A stretch of 21,457 nucleotides of DNA, from positions 1 to 21,457 of the forward strand of contig JARRQT010000102.1 of NCBI GenBank assembly GCA_037381445.1, given 5' to 3'. The notes under the pieces are model-generated. The model worked only from the letters and a program-made list of their open reading frames with translations. It made no database searches and was not told the origin of the DNA. Position numbers and translations under genes: made by a program. Every line of letters begins with the position of its first letter. The stretch's first letter is position 1. Shown piece by piece: positions 8,604 through 16,944 of this stretch. This DNA is from Calditrichia bacterium. Lineage in GTDB: Bacteria > Calditrichota > Calditrichia > RBG-13-44-9.

Positions 8604-9524
8604 GTGAACAAAGATTTTTTATCTATTGCTGAATTGACGCGAGAAGAGATTAATGATATTTTTGATTTGACCCGTGAATTGAAAGAGAAAACCAAAAAGC
8701 GCCAGGAACATCACCTGCTGAGGGGATATACGCTGGCCATGATATTTGCAAAACCTTCCGCCCGCACCCGTATTTCCTTTGAAACCGGCATTTACCAGTT
8801 GGGCGGTTATGCACTGTATCTTTCTCCCAATGATATCGGAATCGGCACCCGGGAAGCGGTAAAAGACGTGGCGCAGGTGGTGTCCCGTTACAACGATTTG
8901 ATTATGGCGCGTTTGTTCGATCATGCGCATATCGAAGAGCTGGCAAAATTTTCAGAAGTTCCCGTGATCAATGGTTTGACCGATTACAACCATCCCTGCC
9001 AGATAATGGCCGATGCATACACGGTGCTGGAGCATTTTGGAAAGATAGATAATCTGAAAATTACCTACGTAGGCGACGGTAACAACATTGCCAATTCATG
9101 GATCAATTTCGCGGCCAAGGTACCCATTCATCTGGTGATCAGCACACCGCGCAACTATGAGCCGGACAGTGCCACGCTGGAAAACGCCCGGGAGGCCGGT
9201 TTGAGCAAGATCGAGATTTTGAGCGATCCGGTGGAGGCTGTCAGGGATGCGGATGTTGTCTATACGGATGTGTGGGCGAGCATGGGCCAGGAAGCCGAGG
9301 CCGCCGAAAGGAAAAAAATATTCCAGCCGTATCAGCTAAACAGGCAATTGCTAAAGCATGCCAAAAAGGATGTCAAAATAATGCATTGCCTTCCCGCGCA
9401 TCGCGGCGATGAAATTACGGATGAGGTCATCGACGGCCCCAATTCCATTGTCTTCGATGAGGCCGAAAACCGAATGCATGTGCAAAAAGCAATCATGGTG
9501 AAATTGGCTCAAAATCAACGTTGA
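8604..9524 (+). CDS. argF: Ornithine carbamoyltransferase
   Basis: FAKPSARTR, HPCQ, GDGNN, DVWASMG, HCLP and AENR motifs; GTG start with GGAGG SD. Confidence 0.95.
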   Translation: MNKDFLSIAELTREEINDIFDLTRELKEKTKKRQEHHLLRGYTLAMIFAKPSARTRISFETGIYQLGGYALYLSPNDIGIGTREAVKDVAQVVSRYNDLIMARLFDHAHIEELAKFSEVPVINGLTDYNHPCQIMADAYTVLEHFGKIDNLKITYVGDGNNIANSWINFAAKVPIHLVISTPRNYEPDSATLENAREAGLSKIEILSDPVEAVRDADVVYTDVWASMGQEAEAAERKKIFQPYQLNRQLLKHAKKDVKIMHCLPAHRGDEITDEVIDGPNSIVFDEAENRMHVQKAIMVKLAQNQR

Positions 9525-9530
9525 GTTATT

Positions 9531-10550
9531 GTGACGGACCTTGATTTTTATCCCGAATATATCAAGCCTTCTCAATGGAAGCTCTGGGACGAATTCGTAA
9601 AAGAATCGCCCCAGGGCACCATATTTCAGACCTTTTCCTATATTCAATGCGTCACGGAGGCTTTTCAGCGGCCCGCAAAGATTTTGTCAGTTTGGGGAAG
9701 AAACCGAATTGTCGGGGGCGTTGTTCTTTATCCCCTGAAGCGCTGGGGATTATCGTATGCTACCACGCCCTATTTCATTCCTTACAATGGATTCCTGCTG
9801 CACCATTTTAATGAATCTTCCTTCTATTACCGTCGAACTTATCTTCAGAATAAAGCCTTGGCCATGCTGATGAATGAGATCGGAAAAACCTTTGCTTTTG
9901 TAGATTTGCATCAATCTCCGTCACTTGAGGACATGCGGGAGCTGATCTGGAAAAAATGGCAGTTCACACCAGAGTATACCGTGCTGGTTCATCTCCAAAG
10001 GGGCGAAGACCTGCTGCAGTTTGTGGAACGGGACCAGCGCCGCCGTATCCGCAATTTTGAAAGCCAGAACATAAAATTTCAGCCAATAACCGAAATGGAA
10101 GCGCTTTATCAGTTGATGGAAAAAAGCTATTTCCGTCACCGGATTCACCCGCCGCTTCCCAGGGAACTGTTTTTAACATTCACCAAAGACCTGCTGGAAA
10201 GGCAACTGGCAGCCTGTCATGGTATCTTCAGGAATGATGAACTCCTGTCCGCTGTGCTGACGGTTGAAGATTTCCCGACTGTCTATGCGCTATTCTCGGG
10301 AAAGACTGATACGGATGACGCCTCGAGCGCGGAGCTGTATTTATTCTGGAAAATTATCCAGTATTATCGGGGTAAGTCTTTTCAGACCATCGATTTCCTG
10401 GGAGCAATGGTCCCCTCCATCGCTAAAATTAAAATGGAATTGGGTGGTGTATTACAGCGCTCTGACAGGACCGTGAATTACAGGAACAAGCTCATCGAAA
10501 CTTTTGCCGGAATTAACAACCGAATAAAAGCAAAACAGCGCCAAATATAG
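9531..10550 (+). CDS. GNAT-fold / FemAB-like acyltransferase of the kind found in polysaccharide loci
   Basis: WDEFVKESPQGTIFQ N-terminus, RRRIR basic helix and C-terminal IDFLGA..SIAKIKMELGG pattern; lies next to a flippase. Family assigned by pattern recognition. Confidence 0.7.
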   Translation: MTDLDFYPEYIKPSQWKLWDEFVKESPQGTIFQTFSYIQCVTEAFQRPAKILSVWGRNRIVGGVVLYPLKRWGLSYATTPYFIPYNGFLLHHFNESSFYYRRTYLQNKALAMLMNEIGKTFAFVDLHQSPSLEDMRELIWKKWQFTPEYTVLVHLQRGEDLLQFVERDQRRRIRNFESQNIKFQPITEMEALYQLMEKSYFRHRIHPPLPRELFLTFTKDLLERQLAACHGIFRNDELLSAVLTVEDFPTVYALFSGKTDTDDASSAELYLFWKIIQYYRGKSFQTIDFLGAMVPSIAKIKMELGGVLQRSDRTVNYRNKLIETFAGINNRIKAKQRQI

Positions 10551-10625
10551 TCTAACCGGTTAAGGATTTGAGAAACCGGTCGCTCCGGATATCTTTAAAT
10601 TAACCCAAACCCAGTGAATCTGACA

Positions 10626-11790
10626 ATGAACATTCCCCGATCACTGAAAAGCACATTTATTCTGTATTCTGCAAACATCTTCACTCTGCTGCTGGCCTGG
10701 GCCGTCACCAAATTAAATGTCACCTACCTGAGCGTCACGGAATTTGGCCAGTTTATTTTCTTTATTACGGTCATCAATACCATATATATCTTTTTTACAC
10801 TGGGGATTTTTGAATCCGCTGCCCGGCTCGCCGCCTTATCGGATACAGGTATTCAATACCGCAAAAACGTGGGCGCCAGTCTCGCGCTGGCATTATTGGC
10901 ATATGCGTCATTTACCATCATTTTCTGGGCGATTCACTGGCTGATCGATTCAGTTTTTGAGGTGAAGATCAGTCATTTGGTACTATATTTCTTCCCGTTG
11001 GCCGGCGCTTACCTGTTTTTTGATTTCTGGCAGAAGATTCTGCGGGGTGCCGGCAAAATTTCGCGACTGTCCTGGCTCATCACGCTGCCCCGGCTCATAT
11101 ACCTGGCATGCCTGGGGATACTGATTTTTGTGAACCGGTTTAACCTGTTGACAACGACGCTCTTCAACCTGGTTGGTTTTCTTGCCGTAAGCATTTTTTA
11201 TATTTTTTTGGAAAAACCGGATTTCAGCGGACTGTCTCAATCCATCTCCCGTCTGAAAGCAGAAATAAAAAGATTCGGCATTCATATCTATTGGAGCGAA
11301 CTGATTGCCGCGTTTTTGCTGCAAAGCGATAAGTTATTCATTATTTTCAACCTCCTTATCCACTTCGCTGTACCGGGGTTTCTCACGGGACCGGCAGATA
11401 AATAAAAAAACACTGTGGCTGAATGGAATATGGGTTGCGGTTTCCATTGCAATTCTCATCATATTCAGAAAATGGATCATTCTCCGGCTCTTCTCGGAAA
11501 AATATACCCCCTCGTTGACGGTATTTCCTGTTCTGGCGGTGGCCTTTGGCACCGGCGGGTTGGGCAAACTGTACACTTTTTATTTGACCGCCCAGGGCGC
11601 CGGGAAGGCGATCCGAAATATTTCCATTATGATTGTCATTTGCAGCATACTGCTGAATATCATTCTGATCCCGACAATCGGCATCCTGGGTGCCGCAATC
11701 GCCCGTCTTTTAACCTATATTCTCGATTTTGGCCTGCTGCTCTTTTTTTATCGGCAACATCAAAAGATTAAAACGGCAAACGTTCAGTAA
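10626..11790 (+). pseudogene. Wzx-like oligosaccharide flippase, split by an internal deletion and frameshift near 11340
   Basis: Multi-TM ORF (LSVTEFGQ...TLG...DKLFI) continues in the +1 frame as SLFSTSLSTSLY...LNIILIPTIGILGAAIA, a typical Wzx C-terminus. The usual segment after DKLFI is missing. Could be an assembly artefact. Confidence 0.75.
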
Positions 11791-12103
11791 ATCCAATAGT
11801 AAGGCGCACTTTATAAATGATGCCTGCGGAGATAAATGAAAGGGATTCCTTCGTGAAAAGAAATGGGCTTTTGCCATCACATACAAATTATGCCCGCATT
11901 AATAAAATTGTCCTCTTTGATCGGAAATAAGACTGTATTGTTCTCCGGAAAAACCGATCTGAGTCATAGCGAGGGAAGACGTTCTTTTTTATGATTTTTG
12001 GTCATGATTCCACTGCCATGAAAATAGAAAGCATGAGGAACTAATAGAATATAAGGTCATTAAATTGCCAACCTGAATATTAATGGATAAGTTGATAAAC
12101 AAC

Positions 12104-12132
12104 TTGACAAAATTTGTTGAAAGTTATAAATT
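12104..12132 (+). promoter_or_regulatory. Sigma70-type promoter of the yceD-rpmF-plsX-fab operon
   Basis: TTGACA (12104-12109)-N17-TAAATT (12127-12132). Confidence 0.75.
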
Positions 12133-12143
12133 TAGGTTTTGTT

Positions 12144-12641
12144 ATGAAGATACCTATTTTACATTTGGAAAATGGTTTACACCATTTTGAGGGGACAATC
12201 AAGGCGGGGACTTTTCATTTTTATCACGATGAAAATTTCCCCAACGACATTGAAGTGAAAATAGAGCTGAACAAATTCGATAAAAATATGACTTGTTCAG
12301 TTGAATTGAATACGGAAGCAGAATATATTTGTGATCGGTGTTTGAGTCGGTTTAAAAGGGAGCATAGCGGGAGTTTTGAGGTTTTGTTTCATTTGGGTCC
12401 AAAGGATTTTGAAACAGATGAAGACGATGTAATCATGCTTTCACCGGAGCAGAAAGAAATTGATTTGAATTCAAATATTCAGGAAAATCTGGCGTTGTCC
12501 GTTCCCATGAAAGCATTGTGCAGAGAAGATTGCAAGGGAATTTGCCCGGGATGTGGCGCTGATTTGAATCATGAAAATTGCACCTGTGGTGATAAACCTG
12601 CTGATCCCCGCTGGGAGAAGCTACTGGAATTGAAAAAATGA
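12144..12641 (+). CDS. yceD: DUF177/YceD family protein
   Basis: CDRCL, PMKALCREDCKGICPGCG and DPRWEKL motifs; canonical position before rpmF. ATG 12144 preferred because the upstream TTG lies inside the promoter. Confidence 0.93.
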   Translation: MKIPILHLENGLHHFEGTIKAGTFHFYHDENFPNDIEVKIELNKFDKNMTCSVELNTEAEYICDRCLSRFKREHSGSFEVLFHLGPKDFETDEDDVIMLSPEQKEIDLNSNIQENLALSVPMKALCREDCKGICPGCGADLNHENCTCGDKPADPRWEKLLELKK

Positions 12642-12681
12642 AATTAATATGGCAATTGTGAAAGAGAGGAGAAAATTTTAA

Positions 12682-12870
12682 ATGGCAAATCCAAGAAGGA
12701 AAATTTCGAAATCAAAGAGGGATAAAAGACGGGCGCCATGGATGAATCTGCTGTCGACGAATTCAGTATCTACTTGTCCCAACTGTGGGGAGCATAAACT
12801 TCCGCACCGGGCATGCCCCCAGTGTGGGTATTATAAAGGTCAACAAGTATTTACGCCCAAAGAATCGTAG
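12682..12870 (+). CDS. rpmF: 50S ribosomal protein bL32 (zinc-ribbon, C+ type)
   Basis: [21 protein letters not shown]...[20 protein letters not shown]. Confidence 0.97.
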   Translation: MANPRRKISKSKRDKRRAPWMNLLSTNSVSTCPNCGEHKLPHRACPQCGYYKGQQVFTPKES

Positions 12871-12889
12871 CAAATACCGAGGCTTTTGA

Positions 12890-13891
12890 ATGCGGATTGC
12901 TATTGATGCAATGGGTGGAGATTATGCCCCCCAGGCGCCAGTCGAGGGGGCTCTTTTATATGACAAGGAAACCAGGGGAAAGCATCAGTTAATCCTGCTG
13001 GGTGATCAGGAAGCCATCGAAAAGGAAATTGAACGGCACCGCTTCCTCAATCCCATAAATGTTACTGTCCACCCCACCACGCAGGTCATTGAAATGCACG
13101 ATCAACCCACCGTGGCGCTCAAACCAAAAAAAGATTCTTCGATGTTGAAGGGATTATCGCTGCATAATGATGGCGAGGTGGATGCATTCGTAAGTGCCGG
13201 AAGCACCGGGGCCCAGATGGTAGGGAGTTTGTTCATTCTTGGCCGTATTGAAGGCGTTCACAGACCGGCCCTGGCTTCATTTTTGCCCACCGAAGGCGGT
13301 GTGGTCCTGCTGATCGATGTCGGTGCCAATGCGGACTGTAAACCGCAGCATCTGGTGCAGTTCGGTATCATGGGAAGCATCTTTATTAATTTTATCTACC
13401 GGGTGAAAAATCCCCGGATCGGTCTGCTGAGCATCGGTGAAGAGAAAACCAAGGGAAATGAGCTGGTGCTCTCAGCTTATGAAATGATGGCTTCGCAGGT
13501 GCCTAATTTTGTCGGGAATGTGGAAGGACGCGACATCCTGTATGGTAAGGCGGATGTGATTGTCACCGATGGGTTTGTGGGTAATACAATTTTGAAATTT
13601 GCCGAAAGCGTGTTCGGCGTTTTTGGGAGCAGTTTTAAAAAGAATGTTGGGAAAAATCTCTTTTCGCTGCTGGGAGCGTTTATGGTACGGCATGCTTTCC
13701 GGGAAATGAAAAGCAGCTTCGATTACCAGGAGTATGGCGGCGTTCCGCTGCTGGGGGTTAACGGAATTTCCATCATTTCTCATGGACGCTCCACCGCCAA
13801 AGCGATAAAAAATGCAATCCGGGTGGCGGTGGATATGAGCGATAAGCAAGTAAATGAACACATTTACCTTGAATTAAAGAAGAGGGGATAA
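12890..13891 (+). CDS. plsX: Phosphate acyltransferase PlsX
   Basis: IAIDAMGGDYAP, KKDSSM, DVGAN, GNVEGRD, DGFVGN and HGRS motifs. Confidence 0.97.
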   Translation: MRIAIDAMGGDYAPQAPVEGALLYDKETRGKHQLILLGDQEAIEKEIERHRFLNPINVTVHPTTQVIEMHDQPTVALKPKKDSSMLKGLSLHNDGEVDAFVSAGSTGAQMVGSLFILGRIEGVHRPALASFLPTEGGVVLLIDVGANADCKPQHLVQFGIMGSIFINFIYRVKNPRIGLLSIGEEKTKGNELVLSAYEMMASQVPNFVGNVEGRDILYGKADVIVTDGFVGNTILKFAESVFGVFGSSFKKNVGKNLFSLLGAFMVRHAFREMKSSFDYQEYGGVPLLGVNGISIISHGRSTAKAIKNAIRVAVDMSDKQVNEHIYLELKKRG

Positions 13892-13892
13892 G

Positions 13893-14885
13893 ATGAGTCT
13901 CAGAGCAAAAATCACCGGTGTCGGACATTATGTCCCTCCAAAAGTTTTGACAAACAAAGAACTCGAAAAAATGGTGGATACCAATGATGAGTGGATTACC
14001 ACTCGCACTGGTATAAAAGAAAGGCACATACTTGAAGATGGAAAAGGTTCTTCCTACATGGGAGCCTTGGCGGCCCAGCGCGCCCTGGAAGAAGCCAAAA
14101 TGAATCCCGAAGATCTGGATTTAATAGTTGTTGCAACTGTAACTCCTGACATGATGTTTCCCAACACGGCCTGTCTCATTCAGGACGAGATTGGCGCCAA
14201 AAACGCCTGGGGCGTCGATGTGAATGGCGCGTGCACGGGATTTTTGTATGCCACTTCCATGGCCAGTCAGTTCATTGAATCCGGCCGGTATAAGAAGGTC
14301 CTGGTGGTGGGGGCTGATAAGATGAGTGCTATCACGGATTATACGGACCGGAACAATTGCATCCTGTTCGGTGATGCCGCAGCTGCTATTGTGCTGGAAC
14401 CTTCTGATGATCCCGAATACGGAATTCTGGATTTTATTATGAAAAGTGACGGATCGGGAAGTAAATATCTGTATATGCTGGGAGGCGGTAGTCTTCATCC
14501 GGCAACCCATGAAACAGTTGACAAAAAAATGCATTACATTTACCAGGATGGCAGAGCCGTTTTCAAATTTGCTGTGTCAGGGATGGCCGATATCACCGAA
14601 GAAATCGTAAAGAAACATAATATTGAATCCGAAAATATCAAGTTATTAATTCCTCACCAGGCCAATCTTCGCATTATTGATGCGACAGCCCGACGTCTCA
14701 AACTTGATCCTGAAAAAGTAATGGTAAATATTGACAAGTACGGCAATACCACTGCCGCAACCATTCCTCTTGGACTATCCGAAGCATACCAGGAAGGAAG
14801 GATAAAGAAGGGAGATATCGTACTTTTCGCCGCTTTTGGAGCGGGATTTACCTGGGGAAGCATGCTGCTGCGCTGGGCCATTTAA
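13893..14885 (+). CDS. fabH: Beta-ketoacyl-ACP synthase III
   Basis: WITTRTGI, catalytic GACTGF, PHQAN, YGNTTAA and FGAGFTWG. Confidence 0.97.
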   Translation: MSLRAKITGVGHYVPPKVLTNKELEKMVDTNDEWITTRTGIKERHILEDGKGSSYMGALAAQRALEEAKMNPEDLDLIVVATVTPDMMFPNTACLIQDEIGAKNAWGVDVNGACTGFLYATSMASQFIESGRYKKVLVVGADKMSAITDYTDRNNCILFGDAAAAIVLEPSDDPEYGILDFIMKSDGSGSKYLYMLGGGSLHPATHETVDKKMHYIYQDGRAVFKFAVSGMADITEEIVKKHNIESENIKLLIPHQANLRIIDATARRLKLDPEKVMVNIDKYGNTTAATIPLGLSEAYQEGRIKKGDIVLFAAFGAGFTWGSMLLRWAI

Positions 14886-14911
14886 CCCGCGAATTGAATT
14901 TCGAAACGCTG

Positions 14912-14940
14912 TTGCATAAAAATAAAATATCATATATTGT
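14912..14940 (+). promoter_or_regulatory. Putative internal promoter between fabH and the lipoprotein gene
   Basis: TTGCAT-N17-TATTGT with an AT-rich spacer; GGAGGT SD at 14951-14956. Confidence 0.5.
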
Positions 14941-14959
14941 TCCAAATTCCGGAGGTTGA

Positions 14960-15997
14960 ATGATACAAATAAGGCGATGGCAAATAATTTTACCTGTATT
15001 GTTTACTTTGTTTTTTGTATTTTCGTGTGCGCAGAATACAATCATTCGTGTGAAAAAACCGGCAGAGATTAATACGTCAGGGATTCATCATTTGGCAATC
15101 GTCGATTTTCGCGGACCGGAAAACAGCGGAATAATTGCATCTTCAGCATTTACCAGCGAATTATGGAAAACGAATTTTTACACCCTTGTTGAGCGGCAGG
15201 AACTGGAAAGTGTTCTTTCCGAGCATGCGCTGAACATGAGCGGCGTGGTCGATGTGCAAACTGCCGTAGAGGCCGGGGAGTTGCTGGGCGTGGACGGAAT
15301 TATTGTGGGTGAGGTCAGCAGCTACAACTGTCAGGACCATGTGCGTCATAAGAAAGTGAAAAAGCAGGAGTGGACCGGCGAGTACGAAAAGGATAAAAAT
15401 GGAAATTATGTTTACGAAAAAACGCTGTTTGGCGGAAAAGCAAAAAAGAAGAAATACAAGGATGTATGGGTAAACGAGGAGTATATAAACCGTGAGGCTT
15501 CGGTCGGCGTGGTATTCAGACTGGTGGATGTCAAAACCAGTGAAATCCGCGCCACCCGCCAGACCATGAAAAGTTTCAATAAAAATTATGGTGAATCTAC
15601 CACACCGCCGGCAAAAGAGCAGATATTGAATGAATTGCTGCGAAACGGGATTGGTGATTTCGTGAATATGCTGGCCCCCCATGAAGTGGCAATTAAAACC
15701 CAGTTTGCCAAAGGGGACAATGAGGTAAACAGGGGAATCGAATTTGCCAAAAATAATTTGTGGGATAAGGCCAGGGAAACCTGGCTGCAGTGTGTCCGGA
15801 AAAATTCCGGAAATCATCAGGCCTGGTATAATTTGGGCCTGGGCTATGAGGTGGATGGCGATTTTGAGCAGGCCGAGATGGCACTGGACAAAGCGGTTTC
15901 CATAAAATCCCAAAAAATTTATATGAACGGGCTGAACAGGGTAAGAAAGGAAAAACAGGATTCCCTGAAATTGGAAAAGCAGTTGGAAGGCCGTTAA
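14960..15997 (+). CDS. Lipoprotein with CsgG/HfaB-like domain and C-terminal TPR repeats
   Basis: Lipobox FVFSC. CsgG-like motifs LAIVDF, LVERQELESVLSEH, AGELLGVDGIIVGEV and FRLVDVKTSEI. TPR motif AWYNLGLGYEVDGDFEQA. Strong SD. Confidence 0.75.
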   Translation: MIQIRRWQIILPVLFTLFFVFSCAQNTIIRVKKPAEINTSGIHHLAIVDFRGPENSGIIASSAFTSELWKTNFYTLVERQELESVLSEHALNMSGVVDVQTAVEAGELLGVDGIIVGEVSSYNCQDHVRHKKVKKQEWTGEYEKDKNGNYVYEKTLFGGKAKKKKYKDVWVNEEYINREASVGVVFRLVDVKTSEIRATRQTMKSFNKNYGESTTPPAKEQILNELLRNGIGDFVNMLAPHEVAIKTQFAKGDNEVNRGIEFAKNNLWDKARETWLQCVRKNSGNHQAWYNLGLGYEVDGDFEQAEMALDKAVSIKSQKIYMNGLNRVRKEKQDSLKLEKQLEGR

Positions 15998-16017
15998 CCA
16001 AAGAAAAAAGGTTTGTT

Positions 16018-16944
16018 ATGAAAATAGCTTTTATATTTCCCGGGCAGGGTTCTCAGTATGTCGGAATGGGAAGCGATCTGTATGAAGACAATGAGAGTGT
16101 CCGGAAAATTTTCGATGAAGCCGAGGAAATCCTTGAATTCCCGCTGAAAAAGATATGTTTTGTGGGGCCGGAGGAAGAACTTAAAAAAACGAAATATACT
16201 CAGCCGGCCATTTTTATCCACAGCCTGGCTGTCAACCATATTCTTGCCGGGAAGGGAATTCAGGCGGAAGCGGCGGCCGGACACAGTCTGGGGGAGTATT
16301 CCGCCCTGGTTGCCGCCGGAGCACTGTCGTTTGAAAATGGATTGCGCCTGGTAAAATTGCGCGGTGAATTGATGCAGAACGCGGGAGATAAAAATCCCGG
16401 AACCATGGCAGCCATAATCGGGCTTTCCAATGAGGTAGTGGCCGAAATCTGTGAAACGGCTTCAGAGAAAGGGTATGTCAAACCGGCGAATTTCAACTCT
16501 CCGGGGCAGATTGTCATATCCGGTTCCGTTGAAGGCGTCCATTACGCCATGGAACTGGCCAAGGAAAACAAGGCGCGCATTGTCACCGAACTGGTGGTCA
16601 GCGGAGCGTTCCATTCTCCTTTGATGGAAGATGCCATCGGCGGGCTGACGGAAGCGCTGGAGAAAACCGAAATCAGCAAACCGCGCATACCTGTCTACAC
16701 CAACGTAACGGCAAAACCTGCCAGCGAACCGCAGCAGATCCGGGAATTGCTTCAGAAACAGGTGCTGTCGCCGGTTTTGTGGCAGAACATCATCGAAAAT
16801 ATGATACAGGACAGAATTCATCGGTTTTATGAAGTTGGTCCGTCAAAAGTGTTGTGCGGACTGGGAAAGCGCATCAACCGGGAAGCGCAGTGCAGTTCCA
16901 TCGGAAAAATTGAAGACCTGAAAGCATTGGAAGGGGAGAACTAA
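16018..16944 (+). CDS. fabD: Malonyl-CoA:ACP transacylase
   Basis: FPGQGSQ, TQPA, GHSLGEY, ANFNSPGQ and VSGAFHS. Confidence 0.98.
   Translation: MKIAFIFPGQGSQYVGMGSDLYEDNESVRKIFDEAEEILEFPLKKICFVGPEEELKKTKYTQPAIFIHSLAVNHILAGKGIQAEAAAGHSLGEYSALVAAGALSFENGLRLVKLRGELMQNAGDKNPGTMAAIIGLSNEVVAEICETASEKGYVKPANFNSPGQIVISGSVEGVHYAMELAKENKARIVTELVVSGAFHSPLMEDAIGGLTEALEKTEISKPRIPVYTNVTAKPASEPQQIRELLQKQVLSPVLWQNIIENMIQDRIHRFYEVGPSKVLCGLGKRINREAQCSSIGKIEDLKALEGEN

Noticed and set aside
11817..11930. 37-aa ORF (MMPAEINERD...) in the flippase-yceD gap
   Set aside because: No SD or recognisable motif. No convincing RNA gene structure in this gap either.
13121..13144. Pro in the PlsX motif (LKPKKDSSM), possibly a point mutation
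   Set aside because: This position is variable among PlsX proteins and cannot be judged without an alignment.
15161..15913. 250-aa minus-strand ORF, plus the many other short antisense or alternate-frame ORFs in the track
   Set aside because: They lie inside well-supported + strand genes and show no recognisable motifs, so they are shadow ORFs.
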